A stretch of DNA of 39,185 bases from NCBI GenBank assembly GCA_045599845.1, contig JAZRWT010000111.1, forward strand, positions 1-39,185. The letters run 5' to 3'. The DNA is from Candidatus Egerieisoma sp. Its GTDB lineage: Bacteria; Bacteroidota; Bacteroidia; Bacteroidales; UBA932. Under the pieces are notes generated by a model. That model saw only the letters and a program-made list of their open reading frames with translations. It made no database searches and was not told the origin of the DNA. The position numbers and the translations under genes are program-made. Every line of letters begins with the position of its first letter. The stretch's first letter is position 1. Below are positions 16,207-25,965 of the stretch, piece by piece.

Positions 16207-16252
16207 ACAAAAAACATATAAAAAGAAAATAATCAAGTAACAAGCAAGTTAT

Positions 16253-16792
16253 ATGAAAAAAATCATTGTAATGATGTTGACCTTGTTTCTGGCGGCATCA
16301 CCTGTAATTTCAGAATCATATGCTCAGGAGCAGAAAGTCAAGCTCACAAGAGCAGAAAAGAAAGCCCTCAAGGAAAAGAAAAAGGCCGAGGAAAAGGCAA
16401 GGTTGGAGAATGCACTGAAGACATGCAACTACAAAATTGTGATAAACAGAATCTATCCTTCAGGTCTGAACGCCATAAATACAAACGATGGTTATTATAT
16501 AAAGGTGGAGAACGGTGTTCTTGACATGCACGTTCCATACATGGGTTCATCCACAAGCGCCGTTTGGGGTGAGCAGAGGCAGGGTATTGATGTTGAGGCT
16601 CAGAAAATCACCATTACCAGCCAGTATTATGACAAGAATGAGAGCTGGATATATCAGTTCAATTTCATAAATGACAATATCAAGGACAACAACACCTGCA
16701 CAATAGAGATATATGACAACGGCTCAGCCAACATAAGGGTTGAAAGCCACAGCAGGGATGCCATAATGTACAGCGGAGAAATTAAATTCTGA
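16253..16792 (+). CDS. DUF4251-like secreted protein
   Basis: 179 aa with a signal peptide (LTLFLAASPVISESYAQ), a Lys/Glu-rich linker, and then a beta-rich domain with a ...INRIYPSG...GYYIKVENGVLDMHVPYMGSS pattern that I recall from DUF4251 proteins. The stop is 1 nt before the GH20 start. Confidence 0.5.
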   Translation: MKKIIVMMLTLFLAASPVISESYAQEQKVKLTRAEKKALKEKKKAEEKARLENALKTCNYKIVINRIYPSGLNAINTNDGYYIKVENGVLDMHVPYMGSSTSAVWGEQRQGIDVEAQKITITSQYYDKNESWIYQFNFINDNIKDNNTCTIEIYDNGSANIRVESHSRDAIMYSGEIKF

Positions 16793-16793
16793 C

Positions 16794-19184
16794 ATGAAAA
16801 TGAAACTCACTATCCCATCAATATTTCTTGCTGCATTGCTGGCAATAGGCTGCAGCAACAAGGAGGATAATCTGAACATTGTCCCAAAACCAGCAAGTGT
16901 TGAAATGAAAAGCGGAATGTTTGAAATACAGCCTGGTCTGGAAATAATTTCAAACAACGTTTTTTGTGCTGAATATCTCAAGGAATATCTCATGTATGCT
17001 CCCGGCATTGATTTGAACGATGCTTCAAGTGAAAATGGCAGGGGAATAAGCAGTGTTATAGTTCCTCTTGAGAATACGGATATATGGAAAGAATACGGAA
17101 AAAAGAAGAATTGCATTCTTCTATCCTGTGATGAAAATTTCAAGCTCGAAAACTATACAAATGATGAAAATGAGCCAAGCGAAGCTTATTCCATAAATGT
17201 AAACAGGAAGAATGTAACAATAAACGCCGCATCACAGAGCGGATTGTATTATGGAATACAAACACTGCTCCAGATGCTTCCAGCAGAGGTTTATTGCAAA
17301 AAGGCCGAAGAAGAAGCAACAGATAACTGGACCATTCCTGCAGCAGAAATAAAGGATTACCCGAAATATGCATGGAGAGGTTATATGCTCGATGTTTCAA
17401 GACAATTCTTTGACATTGATTTCTGCTACAAGCTTGTTGACTGGATGAGTGCACAGAAACTCAACAAATTCCACTGGCATCTTTCAGATGACAACGGTTG
17501 GAGGATTGAAATAAAATCACATCCTGAACTTACTGAAAAGGGAGCATGGAGAGGTCCGGGTGAGGTTCTTCCTGAATCATACGGCTCCGGCAAGAAAAGA
17601 TACGGCGGCTTCTATACACAGGAGGAAGTTGCAAAATTCATCAAATACGCACAGGACAGAGGAATTGAAATAATACCTGAAATAGACATGCCCGGCCACA
17701 GCAAGGCAATTGTAAGCGTTTATCCATGGGCAGGTTGCACGAATCCTTCCGAGTTCGTAAGCGTGAACGGTGAAACAAAGAATATCCTTTGCGTAAGCAA
17801 TGAAAAAGTATATTCCCTTATAGATGATATCATTGGTGAACTTGCGGAACTTTTCCCTGGAAAATACATGCATATAGGCGGTGACGAGGTCCAGTTCAAG
17901 AATTGGGAGGAGTGTCCTCACTGTCAGGCTTTTCTTAAGGAAAACGGATGGGATGATGAAAGGGAGCTTCAGAGATATTTCGTAAGGAAAATGGACGAAA
18001 TAGTCTCAGCTCACGGAAAGGTGATGTGCGGCTGGAGCGAAATTGCAGACATGGATGTAAAAAACAACAAGGGAAGGAACGAGGATGAAATAAAACGAAC
18101 TTTCTCGGATCAGACTCTTCTCTGGGCATGGAAAGAAAACACCAATTGTGTTGACATGCTCAAAACAGGTTATCCTGTAATCTTCCAGATTGCACAGTAC
18201 AGCTACTTCGATATGAAGCAGTCTGAATTTGAAAGAGGTCATACCTGGGCTGCCATAGTTCCTCTTGAGAAAGCCTATGCAATAAATCCTGAGAAAATGA
18301 TTGATTCACTATCGGTAGTGGAATATGGAAAACCTGCAAGTGAAAAGGAGAAATCCTGTATAAAAGGCATTCAATGCGGTTTATGGTGTGAACTGCTCAA
18401 CAAGCCTGCAAGGTTCGCTGAATATCAGCTGTTCCCAAGAGCCTGTGCTTTGGCTGAATCTGCATGGACAAATGAGGCTGACAAAAATTATGAAGATTTC
18501 TATAAAAGAATGCTCAACAAGCATTTTGAAAGACTTTACAATATGGGTATAGCCTTCAGGGTTGAACCGCCTTTTGTTGAATACAAGGATGGAAAACTTA
18601 TTGGCAAGTCAGACTATATAATAAGGTATACCTGTGATGGTGGAAGTACACCTGATGCTTCATCACCTGTAATGGATGGTCCTGTTGAAACGGACACACC
18701 AAATATATACAGGTTCGCTGCTTTCTATAAGGATGATCTCAAGAGCATAACAATGATGGCAAGGGACATTGCACCTGCAGAGTATCTCAATCCTGAAACA
18801 AGCATTGAAACATCTTTCAAGTCTGAAGTGAACGGTTTTCCTATGTCAAATATTACAGACTATGATTTCAATACATATTGGAGAACGGAAAGGATGGCAA
18901 GAAAAGGTGATTACATTACCTATAATTTAAATGAAGCTGTTGAATGCAGCAGAATAGTAATTGAAAGCGGTATTCCAAATATAGATATGTATGGCATAAC
19001 TGACGGATATGCAGAATACACCTGCGATGGAAATACCTGGGTTAAAGGCGGTGATTTCATTGAAAATACAGCAATCATTGACAACAGAGAAAATAAATTG
19101 AAAATCAAGGCTGTACGTATAATTTTCACAGACGCCAACGATGGACTTAATGTAAGTGTCCAGGATCTTAGAATAGAAAAATGA
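16794..19184 (+). CDS. beta-N-acetylhexosaminidase (GH20) lipoprotein with a C-terminal F5/8 type C (discoidin)-like domain
   Basis: 796 aa with a lipoprotein signal (LLAIGCSNK), a GH20b N-terminal domain (IVPKPASVEMKSGMFEI), and the catalytic region RGYMLDVSRQF, KFHWHLSDDNGWRIEI, PEIDMPGH, HIGGDEV (D-E pair) and W..C.LW.E. The C-terminal portion reads ...NITDYDFNTYWRTE... Confidence 0.9.
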   Translation: MKMKLTIPSIFLAALLAIGCSNKEDNLNIVPKPASVEMKSGMFEIQPGLEIISNNVFCAEYLKEYLMYAPGIDLNDASSENGRGISSVIVPLENTDIWKEYGKKKNCILLSCDENFKLENYTNDENEPSEAYSINVNRKNVTINAASQSGLYYGIQTLLQMLPAEVYCKKAEEEATDNWTIPAAEIKDYPKYAWRGYMLDVSRQFFDIDFCYKLVDWMSAQKLNKFHWHLSDDNGWRIEIKSHPELTEKGAWRGPGEVLPESYGSGKKRYGGFYTQEEVAKFIKYAQDRGIEIIPEIDMPGHSKAIVSVYPWAGCTNPSEFVSVNGETKNILCVSNEKVYSLIDDIIGELAELFPGKYMHIGGDEVQFKNWEECPHCQAFLKENGWDDERELQRYFVRKMDEIVSAHGKVMCGWSEIADMDVKNNKGRNEDEIKRTFSDQTLLWAWKENTNCVDMLKTGYPVIFQIAQYSYFDMKQSEFERGHTWAAIVPLEKAYAINPEKMIDSLSVVEYGKPASEKEKSCIKGIQCGLWCELLNKPARFAEYQLFPRACALAESAWTNEADKNYEDFYKRMLNKHFERLYNMGIAFRVEPPFVEYKDGKLIGKSDYIIRYTCDGGSTPDASSPVMDGPVETDTPNIYRFAAFYKDDLKSITMMARDIAPAEYLNPETSIETSFKSEVNGFPMSNITDYDFNTYWRTERMARKGDYITYNLNEAVECSRIVIESGIPNIDMYGITDGYAEYTCDGNTWVKGGDFIENTAIIDNRENKLKIKAVRIIFTDANDGLNVSVQDLRIEK

Positions 19185-19503
19185 AACTGGTGAAAAGCTG
19201 TTGAAAACTCAAATATTTATCAACATTGCATGTTAATAATTTTTGAAAAATAAATTTTGAGGATTGAAAACAATATGCAGATAAAATTATTTGAAGAAAG
19301 TGCAAATGATTTGTTAACAAAATAAAAATTTTTATCAACACTTGAAATAACAGGTTCAATTGATGAAAATTAAAAATGTTCAAATTTATATACACTGATT
19401 TTTAATGACTTTTATTGATATTGAAATTTGCAAATAAATTTTTCAACATATTAACAGGCTATTATAAACATCAAAAGTAAATTTTTAATTTTTTAATATT
19501 TAT

Positions 19504-20526
19504 ATGAGTGATTTTGATCCGAGGAAAATATCCGAGACTTCTGAAAAAGACATTGAGGGTTTCATCCGTCCGCATGAATTCAATGAATTTTCAGGCCAGG
19601 ATAAAATTCTTCAGAATCTCAAGATATTTGTGAAGGCAGCAAAACTAAGGGGTGAGTCCTTGGATCATGTACTTCTGCACGGTCCTCCGGGGCTTGGAAA
19701 GACAACACTCGCAAATATCATAGCAAATGAATTGGGAGTGAACATGAAGCTCACCAGCGGACCTGTTCTTGACAAACCCGGTGATCTTGCAGGATTACTT
19801 ACCAGCCTTGAAACAGGAGACGTGCTCTTCATAGATGAAATTCACAGGCTTCAACCAATAGTTGAGGAATATCTTTATTCCGCCATGGAGGATTTCAAAA
19901 TTGACATAATGATAGACAAAGGTCCCGGGGCAAGAAGCGTTCAGATTGCGCTCAATCCTTTCACCCTGGTAGGTGCAACAACAAGAAGCGGCTTGCTTAC
20001 TTCTCCACTCAGGGCCAGGTTCGGCATAAAATGCCAGCTTGAATATTATGATGCGCAAGTTCTTCAGAAGATAATATTGAGAAGCGCTTCTATACTCAAT
20101 ATAAAGGCGGAGAATGAAGCTGCTCTTGAAATTGCCGTGAGAAGCAGGGGAACACCCAGAATTGCCAATGCATTGCTCAGGAGAGTGAGGGATTTTGCAC
20201 AGGTTGAAGGAAATGGAACAATAAATCTTGAAATAACCAGATATGCTCTTGATGCCTTGAACATAGACAAGAAAGGTCTTGACATGATGGACAATAAAAT
20301 TCTTACAACCATAATTGACAAATTCAATGGAGGTCCTGTTGGAATTAATACCATAGCAACGGCGGTAGGAGAGGATTCAGGTACAATTGAGGAGGTTTAT
20401 GAACCATATCTTATAAAGGAAGGTTTCATCCAGAGAACTCCAAGGGGAAGAGAAGCCACGGATCAGGCTTATTCCCATCTTGGAAGAACAAGAAACAGCA
20501 TTTATAAGGATACTCTTTTCGAGTAA
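19504..20526 (+). CDS. ruvB: Holliday junction branch migration DNA helicase RuvB
   Basis: 340 aa with RP..F.EF.GQ, Walker [12 protein letters not shown], Walker [15 protein letters not shown] and [18 protein letters not shown]. Confidence 0.97.
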   Translation: MSDFDPRKISETSEKDIEGFIRPHEFNEFSGQDKILQNLKIFVKAAKLRGESLDHVLLHGPPGLGKTTLANIIANELGVNMKLTSGPVLDKPGDLAGLLTSLETGDVLFIDEIHRLQPIVEEYLYSAMEDFKIDIMIDKGPGARSVQIALNPFTLVGATTRSGLLTSPLRARFGIKCQLEYYDAQVLQKIILRSASILNIKAENEAALEIAVRSRGTPRIANALLRRVRDFAQVEGNGTINLEITRYALDALNIDKKGLDMMDNKILTTIIDKFNGGPVGINTIATAVGEDSGTIEEVYEPYLIKEGFIQRTPRGREATDQAYSHLGRTRNSIYKDTLFE

Positions 20527-20538
20527 GTGCTCACTACT

Positions 20539-20571
20539 ATTGAAAATATTTTCAATCATTTGTTAAATTTG
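20539..20571 (+). promoter_or_regulatory. AT-rich perfect palindrome ATTGAAAATATTTTCAAT (20539-20556) followed by the -7 box TAAATTTG (20564-20571)
   Basis: The palindrome has 8-bp arms with a 2-nt centre. The TAnnTTTG match lies 29 nt upstream of the ATG at 20601. The palindrome sits where a -33 element or an operator would be, and could also act as a weak ruvB terminator. Confidence 0.4.
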
Positions 20572-20600
20572 CAAGACTATAGCAGTAAAAGATAAAAATC

Positions 20601-21905
20601 ATGAAAAAAGAATTATTCAAACTTATTCTGGTTGCAGCCATTCTAATGGTTTCATCCGATATTTTTGCCTGCACATCGGCAATTTTTACAGGTAAGGTAA
20701 CTCCGGACGGAAGACCTCTTCTATGGAAACACAGGGATACAGGTGAACTCAACAATAAAGTACAGTTCTACAAAGGTGAGAAATATGATTTCATTGCATT
20801 GGTTAATTCTCCGGATGCAGATGATTTGAAGGAAGCATGGAGTGGTACCAATACAGCCGGTTTCTCAATAATGAACACAGCTTCATACAATCTCAAGGAT
20901 GATGACGTTGATGACAGCAAGATGGATCATGAGGGAGAAGTTATGTGGAAGGCACTTTCTACTTGCAGAACCTTGAAGGATTTTGAAAAAATGCTTGACA
21001 AACTTCCAAGACCTATAGGAGTGGAGGCTAATTTCGGTGTGATTGATGCCGAAGGCGGTGCAGCTTATTATGAAGTGAACAACAGCAAATGGGTGAAAGT
21101 TGACGTAAACGATCCAAAAGTTGCTCCTATGGGTTATCTTACATATACAAATCATTCATATACAGGAAGATTGAATGAAGGAAGCGGATATGAGAGATAC
21201 ACAAATTCAGACAATATAATAAAAACAGCCATTGCACGTGCTGAAATGATTACTCCTGAATTCATTTTCAAGAATCTTGACTGCTCATATAACAATGAAA
21301 TACTTGGTATTGACCTTGTAAAGGAAAACTCCAAACCAGGGGAAGGTCTGCTTCAGAGAGGTACAGGATTCTTTGTAGATCAGGATTTCATACCAAGAAG
21401 AAGCACTTCCGCTATAATCATTGTAAAAGGAGTGAAATCCGGAGAAAATCCGCTCAATACTGTCATGTGGACAATGCTCGGTTACCCTGCAACAGCCACA
21501 GCAGTTCCTTTGTTTGTAAAAGCAGGTGAAAACCAGCCTGCCTATATGGTTGCAAGAGAAAACAAGGATGTTAAGGAATTTGACAAACTGCTCAAATTCA
21601 GAAATTATGAAATAAATGGGAAGAATGCCGTAATGTGTGACTATTCACTTCTTTTCAAGAAAGATATTTTCTGCATAAGCAGAGGAAACGGAAAGAATTA
21701 TTTCAATTTCAACAAAGTTTACAATCCTTACGGAACAGGATACATGCAGATGCTTTCAGAACTCAATACAATAATTTTCAGGGAAGGAAGCGTTCTTGTT
21801 GAATCCAACAGAGACAAGGAATACAATAAGGAAGCTTTCAATGCCTTTTATCACAAGATAGGCAAAATGATAATTCATAATTATTCAGTATTGCTTGAAA
21901 AATAA
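20601..21905 (+). CDS. secreted N-terminal-nucleophile (Ntn) hydrolase, C45/C59-like (isopenicillin-N N-acyltransferase / choloylglycine hydrolase superfamily)
   Basis: 434 aa. The signal peptide ends ...SSDIFA|CTSAIFTGKVTPDGRPLLWKHRD, placing a Cys immediately after the predicted cleavage site in the C-(T/S) context typical of Cys-Ntn hydrolases. The exact family was not verified. Confidence 0.5.
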   Translation: MKKELFKLILVAAILMVSSDIFACTSAIFTGKVTPDGRPLLWKHRDTGELNNKVQFYKGEKYDFIALVNSPDADDLKEAWSGTNTAGFSIMNTASYNLKDDDVDDSKMDHEGEVMWKALSTCRTLKDFEKMLDKLPRPIGVEANFGVIDAEGGAAYYEVNNSKWVKVDVNDPKVAPMGYLTYTNHSYTGRLNEGSGYERYTNSDNIIKTAIARAEMITPEFIFKNLDCSYNNEILGIDLVKENSKPGEGLLQRGTGFFVDQDFIPRRSTSAIIIVKGVKSGENPLNTVMWTMLGYPATATAVPLFVKAGENQPAYMVARENKDVKEFDKLLKFRNYEINGKNAVMCDYSLLFKKDIFCISRGNGKNYFNFNKVYNPYGTGYMQMLSELNTIIFREGSVLVESNRDKEYNKEAFNAFYHKIGKMIIHNYSVLLEK

Positions 21906-24900
21906 TCTTATAGAAATATTCTCGCAGAATCCCGCAATATCTTCATTGCGGGATATTCTGTGCAAGAGCGGTACTGAAAAACGCTCTGTATATCTTAAAG
22001 GACTTCATGCCAGTGCAAAATCATTTGCATTGGCTTCTTTGCTTGAACAGGAAAGTGGAAGAACGCATCTTGTAATAATGCAGGACAGGGACGAGGCTTC
22101 CAGAATATGCAACGATCTTTATAATCTTTACAACAAAGAAGAAATTTTCTTTTTTCCAGCAGTAAAGAGCCAGTATTCCAAAATTGAAAATATAAGAGGA
22201 GCCAGTTCAAAGGTTCAGCGCGGAGCAGCCCTTGCCGCCCTTATGGAGGAAGGACGCAAGGAGAACACTGTTATAGTAAGCTGGCCTTCCGCTCTTGAAG
22301 AAAAGATAAAGGACAGCAGGGAAATAAAGAAAAGTCTTTTAAAAATAAGCACAGGCGATAGTATCACCCATGATTTCATAAAGGAAGTATTTCTTGAAAG
22401 CGGCTTCAACAAGGTGGATTTTGTAACCCAGCCAGGAGAATTCGCTTTAAGAGGAGGTCTCGTTGATATATTCTCATATGGGAACGATTTGCCATACAGG
22501 GTTGATTTCTTTGGCAATACGGTTGAAAGCATACATATTTTCAATTACGATACACAACGCTCCGTAAAAGAAGTTTCAAGTGTTGAAATATTGCCTGATA
22601 TAACTGAAGAAGCATCAGATTCACAAAATTCTTTCATTTCAATCTTTGAAAATCTTCCTTCAGATACAATAATATGGATAGACAAGCCTGAAACCTGCAT
22701 ATCCGCTTCATTTTATTCATATTCATTCAAATTCAACAGCATATATTTCAATTCCTGTGATTCAGCTTCCTCACCTTTATTTGACAAGGTATTGGAATTC
22801 AACACACTTCCTCAACCTGCCTTCAACAAGAATTATCAGCTTCTTGACCAGGATATCAACTCCATGATGGAGCAGGGCTATAAAGTTTTCATAAGTTCAG
22901 GAAACGAAAAGCAGTTTGAAAGACTCAGGAACATATTTTCAAGCATTCACAGTGAAGATTACACACTGCAGTCCTATTCGAACAGATTCGAAGAGATTGA
23001 TTTTTCCATTTCAGGAGGCTTCATAGACAAGGACAATTCATTCTGCATATATACTGACCATCAGATATTCCAGAAATATCACAGAATAAGATTGCTCAGG
23101 GAAGTTGCACCAAGCCAGAGAATGACAATAAATGAACTCAATTCACTTACGATAGGTGATTACATAGTTCATATAGACCATGGGGTTGGAGTGTTCGGCG
23201 GCCTGGTGAAAACCAATGTCAACGGCCAGATTCAGGAAGCTATAAAGATAGTGTACAAGGACAACGATGTTGTACTTGTATCAATACACGGAATACACCG
23301 TATAAGCAGATATAAATCCAAGGACGGCACGGCCCCGAAGATATTCAAGCTTGGCAGCGGTGCCTGGGACAAGCTCAAGAACAATGCAAAGAGCAAGGTA
23401 AAGGACATAGCAAAGGATCTGATAAAGCTTTATGCTCAGAGAAGGGCGGCAAAAGGATATTCATTTTCTCCTGACAGTTATTTGCAGACTGCACTTGAAG
23501 CAGGATTCATGTATGAGGATACTCCTGATCAGGTGAAAGCCAATGCTGCCATAAAGGGAGACATGGAAAAGGAGTATCCAATGGACAGGCTTGTTTGCGG
23601 CGACGTTGGCTTTGGAAAGACAGAACTTGCCATAAGGGCGGCTTTCAAGGCGGTTGCAGACAGCAAGCAGGTGGCGGTTCTTGTTCCAACAACAATACTT
23701 GCCTTGCAGCATTTCCAGACCTTCAGTTCAAGACTCAAGGGTTTTCCTTGTTCAATAGAGTATTTGAGCCGTTTGAGGACTGCAAAGGAGATAAAACAGA
23801 CTCTTGAGAATATAAAAAGCGGAAAAACTGACATAATAATAGGAACGCACAGACTTCTGAACAAGGAGGTTGTTTTCAAGGATCTCGGGCTTCTTATAAT
23901 AGATGAGGAGCAGAAATTCGGAGTGGCGGCGAAGGAAAGGCTCAAATCATTGAAACTGAATGTAGATACCCTTACTCTTACAGCCACACCTATTCCAAGA
24001 ACCTTGCAGTTCTCCCTGCTTGGAGCGCGTGATCTTTCAATCATAAACACACCTCCGCCAAACCGCCAGCCGGTTCATACCGAGGTTATAAATTTTGATG
24101 AGGAAATAATCCGTGAAGCTATCGTAAGTGAGATAGAAAGAGGAGGGCAGGTATATTTCATTCACAACAAGGTGGAGGATATAATGTCAGTAGCCGGAAT
24201 AATAAGCAGATTATGTCCAAATGCAAGGATTTGTGTGGGCCACGGCCAGATGGAACCAAAACTTCTTGAACAGAAGATGCTGGATTTCATAGCCGGGGAT
24301 TATGATGTGCTTCTGGCAACAACCATAATAGAGAACGGCATAGACGTTCCCAATGCCAACACCATTATTATAAACGGAGCCCAGAATTTCGGTCTGAGCG
24401 ATCTGCATCAGCTAAGGGGCAGGGTAGGGCGTTCCAATATAAAGGCATACTGCTATCTTATAGTTCCATCCATGGCTTCAATAAGCGATGATGCCAGAAG
24501 AAGGATAAGGGCTATAGAATCCTTTTCAGATCTTGGCAGCGGATTCAACATTGCAATGCAGGATCTTGACATAAGAGGTGCGGGAAATCTACTTGGAGGC
24601 GAGCAGAGCGGTTTCATTGCGGACATGGGATTCGAGACATATCAGAAGATACTTAACGAGGCCATTGTTGAAATGAGGCAGGAAGAAGGAATGGACAAAG
24701 AGGAAGACAAGGTGGAATACGTTTCAGATTGCACCATAGATACGGATCTTGAACTTCTCATACCGGATTCATACGTTAACAGCGTTTCAGAAAAAATAAG
24801 GCTTTACAAGGAACTGGATGCTATGACAGAAGAATCACAAGTTGATTCCTTCATAAAGGAAATGGAAGACAGGTTCGGACCGGTTCCGCAACAATTGTAT

Positions 24901-25185
24901 CAGCTTACATTCATAGTAAGGCTCAGGAAGGCGGCCATAAGCCTGGGTTTTGAAAAAATTGTGATAAAAAGCGGATTGATGCTCATATATTTCACAAAGA
25001 ATCAGAACAGTCCATTCTACCAGAGCAATCTGCTTTCAAAACTCATGAATTACGTTAACAATAATCCTGGCAGATTCACTGCAAAACTTGAAAAAGACAA
25101 GTTTTATTTGAGGATAAACAAGATAAATAACGTAGAAAAAGCTTTTGATATTGTAAGTCACATGAAAAAAGCAGTATCTTTGTAA
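21895..25185 (+). CDS. mfd: transcription-repair coupling factor Mfd
   Basis: 1096 aa with a UvrB-homology N-terminus, a CarD/RNAP-interaction domain (GDYIVHIDHGVGVFGGL), a superfamily-2 helicase (GDVGFGKTE, DEEQKFGV, TATPIPRTL, QLRGRVGR) and a TRG / C-terminal D7 region. The only in-frame start consistent with homolog N-termini is the TTG at 21895, which overlaps the preceding gene by 11 nt. Confidence 0.95.
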   Translation: MKNNLIEIFSQNPAISSLRDILCKSGTEKRSVYLKGLHASAKSFALASLLEQESGRTHLVIMQDRDEASRICNDLYNLYNKEEIFFFPAVKSQYSKIENIRGASSKVQRGAALAALMEEGRKENTVIVSWPSALEEKIKDSREIKKSLLKISTGDSITHDFIKEVFLESGFNKVDFVTQPGEFALRGGLVDIFSYGNDLPYRVDFFGNTVESIHIFNYDTQRSVKEVSSVEILPDITEEASDSQNSFISIFENLPSDTIIWIDKPETCISASFYSYSFKFNSIYFNSCDSASSPLFDKVLEFNTLPQPAFNKNYQLLDQDINSMMEQGYKVFISSGNEKQFERLRNIFSSIHSEDYTLQSYSNRFEEIDFSISGGFIDKDNSFCIYTDHQIFQKYHRIRLLREVAPSQRMTINELNSLTIGDYIVHIDHGVGVFGGLVKTNVNGQIQEAIKIVYKDNDVVLVSIHGIHRISRYKSKDGTAPKIFKLGSGAWDKLKNNAKSKVKDIAKDLIKLYAQRRAAKGYSFSPDSYLQTALEAGFMYEDTPDQVKANAAIKGDMEKEYPMDRLVCGDVGFGKTELAIRAAFKAVADSKQVAVLVPTTILALQHFQTFSSRLKGFPCSIEYLSRLRTAKEIKQTLENIKSGKTDIIIGTHRLLNKEVVFKDLGLLIIDEEQKFGVAAKERLKSLKLNVDTLTLTATPIPRTLQFSLLGARDLSIINTPPPNRQPVHTEVINFDEEIIREAIVSEIERGGQVYFIHNKVEDIMSVAGIISRLCPNARICVGHGQMEPKLLEQKMLDFIAGDYDVLLATTIIENGIDVPNANTIIINGAQNFGLSDLHQLRGRVGRSNIKAYCYLIVPSMASISDDARRRIRAIESFSDLGSGFNIAMQDLDIRGAGNLLGGEQSGFIADMGFETYQKILNEAIVEMRQEEGMDKEEDKVEYVSDCTIDTDLELLIPDSYVNSVSEKIRLYKELDAMTEESQVDSFIKEMEDRFGPVPQQLYQLTFIVRLRKAAISLGFEKIVIKSGLMLIYFTKNQNSPFYQSNLLSKLMNYVNNNPGRFTAKLEKDKFYLRINKINNVEKAFDIVSHMKKAVSL

Positions 25186-25218
25186 ATTTATGATTGGAAA
25201 ATAAGATTTACCAAAGAA

Positions 25219-25965
25219 ATGAATTATTTGATAGACCTTGGAAATACAAGTTGCAAAGTGGCTTTTGAGGAAGATGGAGTCATTGGTGAATGCCATAGAA
25301 GCAAACCGGGACAGAACATTCAGAATTTCATTCTTTCAAAGGCAAAGGAAGCAATTGCTCAAGGAAATGAAATAAAGGTGATAATATTTTCCAATGTAAG
25401 GTTGAACGATGAGGAACTGAATACAGAACTGTCCAAGTTATGTGGCAGATTCATATTGCTTGATGTTGGAACCGCTCTTCCTCATGATTTGGATTATAAG
25501 TTCAATTCTGAAGGCTTGGGTGCAGACAGAATAGCCGGAGCTTTGGCTGTTGCCTGTCTTTTCAAGGGAAAGGACTGCATCAAGTTTGATTTCGGCACAG
25601 CCATTACAATAGATTTCATAGATAAGGAAGGCTCATTTACAGGTGGAAATATATCTTTGGGAATGAGAAGCCGTTTCAAGGCACTCAAGGTTTATACAAG
25701 GAGATTGCCATATTTGCCGGTTCCTGTTGAGGACATACCTGAGCAAGGTTTGGAAATTTATGGTTCCATGAGTGCCGGAATAGTTTTTGGCATTATGTTT
25801 GAGGTGGAGGGTTATATGAACAGATATCCCGGCAAGACATTCATTTTCACCGGTGGTGACGCTTTTTATTTTGCTGAAAAAATGAAAAACACCATATTTG
25901 CCTGCCCGAATCTGGTACTTATGGGATTGGCTCAAATTGCTGATTATTATGCGGAAAGAAATTAG
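25219..25965 (+). CDS. coaX: type III pantothenate kinase
   Basis: 248 aa with LIDLGNTSCK (phosphate-1 motif), GADRI and DFGTAITID, which are type III CoaX hallmarks. Confidence 0.9.
   Translation: MNYLIDLGNTSCKVAFEEDGVIGECHRSKPGQNIQNFILSKAKEAIAQGNEIKVIIFSNVRLNDEELNTELSKLCGRFILLDVGTALPHDLDYKFNSEGLGADRIAGALAVACLFKGKDCIKFDFGTAITIDFIDKEGSFTGGNISLGMRSRFKALKVYTRRLPYLPVPVEDIPEQGLEIYGSMSAGIVFGIMFEVEGYMNRYPGKTFIFTGGDAFYFAEKMKNTIFACPNLVLMGLAQIADYYAERN

Noticed and set aside
19168-19395. 75-aa minus-strand ORF in the GH20-ruvB intergenic region.
   Set aside because: The region is extremely AT-rich and the translation is Phe/Leu/Ile/Asn/Lys low complexity. It overlaps the GH20 stop and has no upstream signals.
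25898-25948. Longer N-terminus (MPARIWYLWDWLKLLII...) for the outer-membrane protein gene.
   Set aside because: The extension lies entirely within the coaX coding region. The internal ATG at 25949 gives a standard signal peptide.
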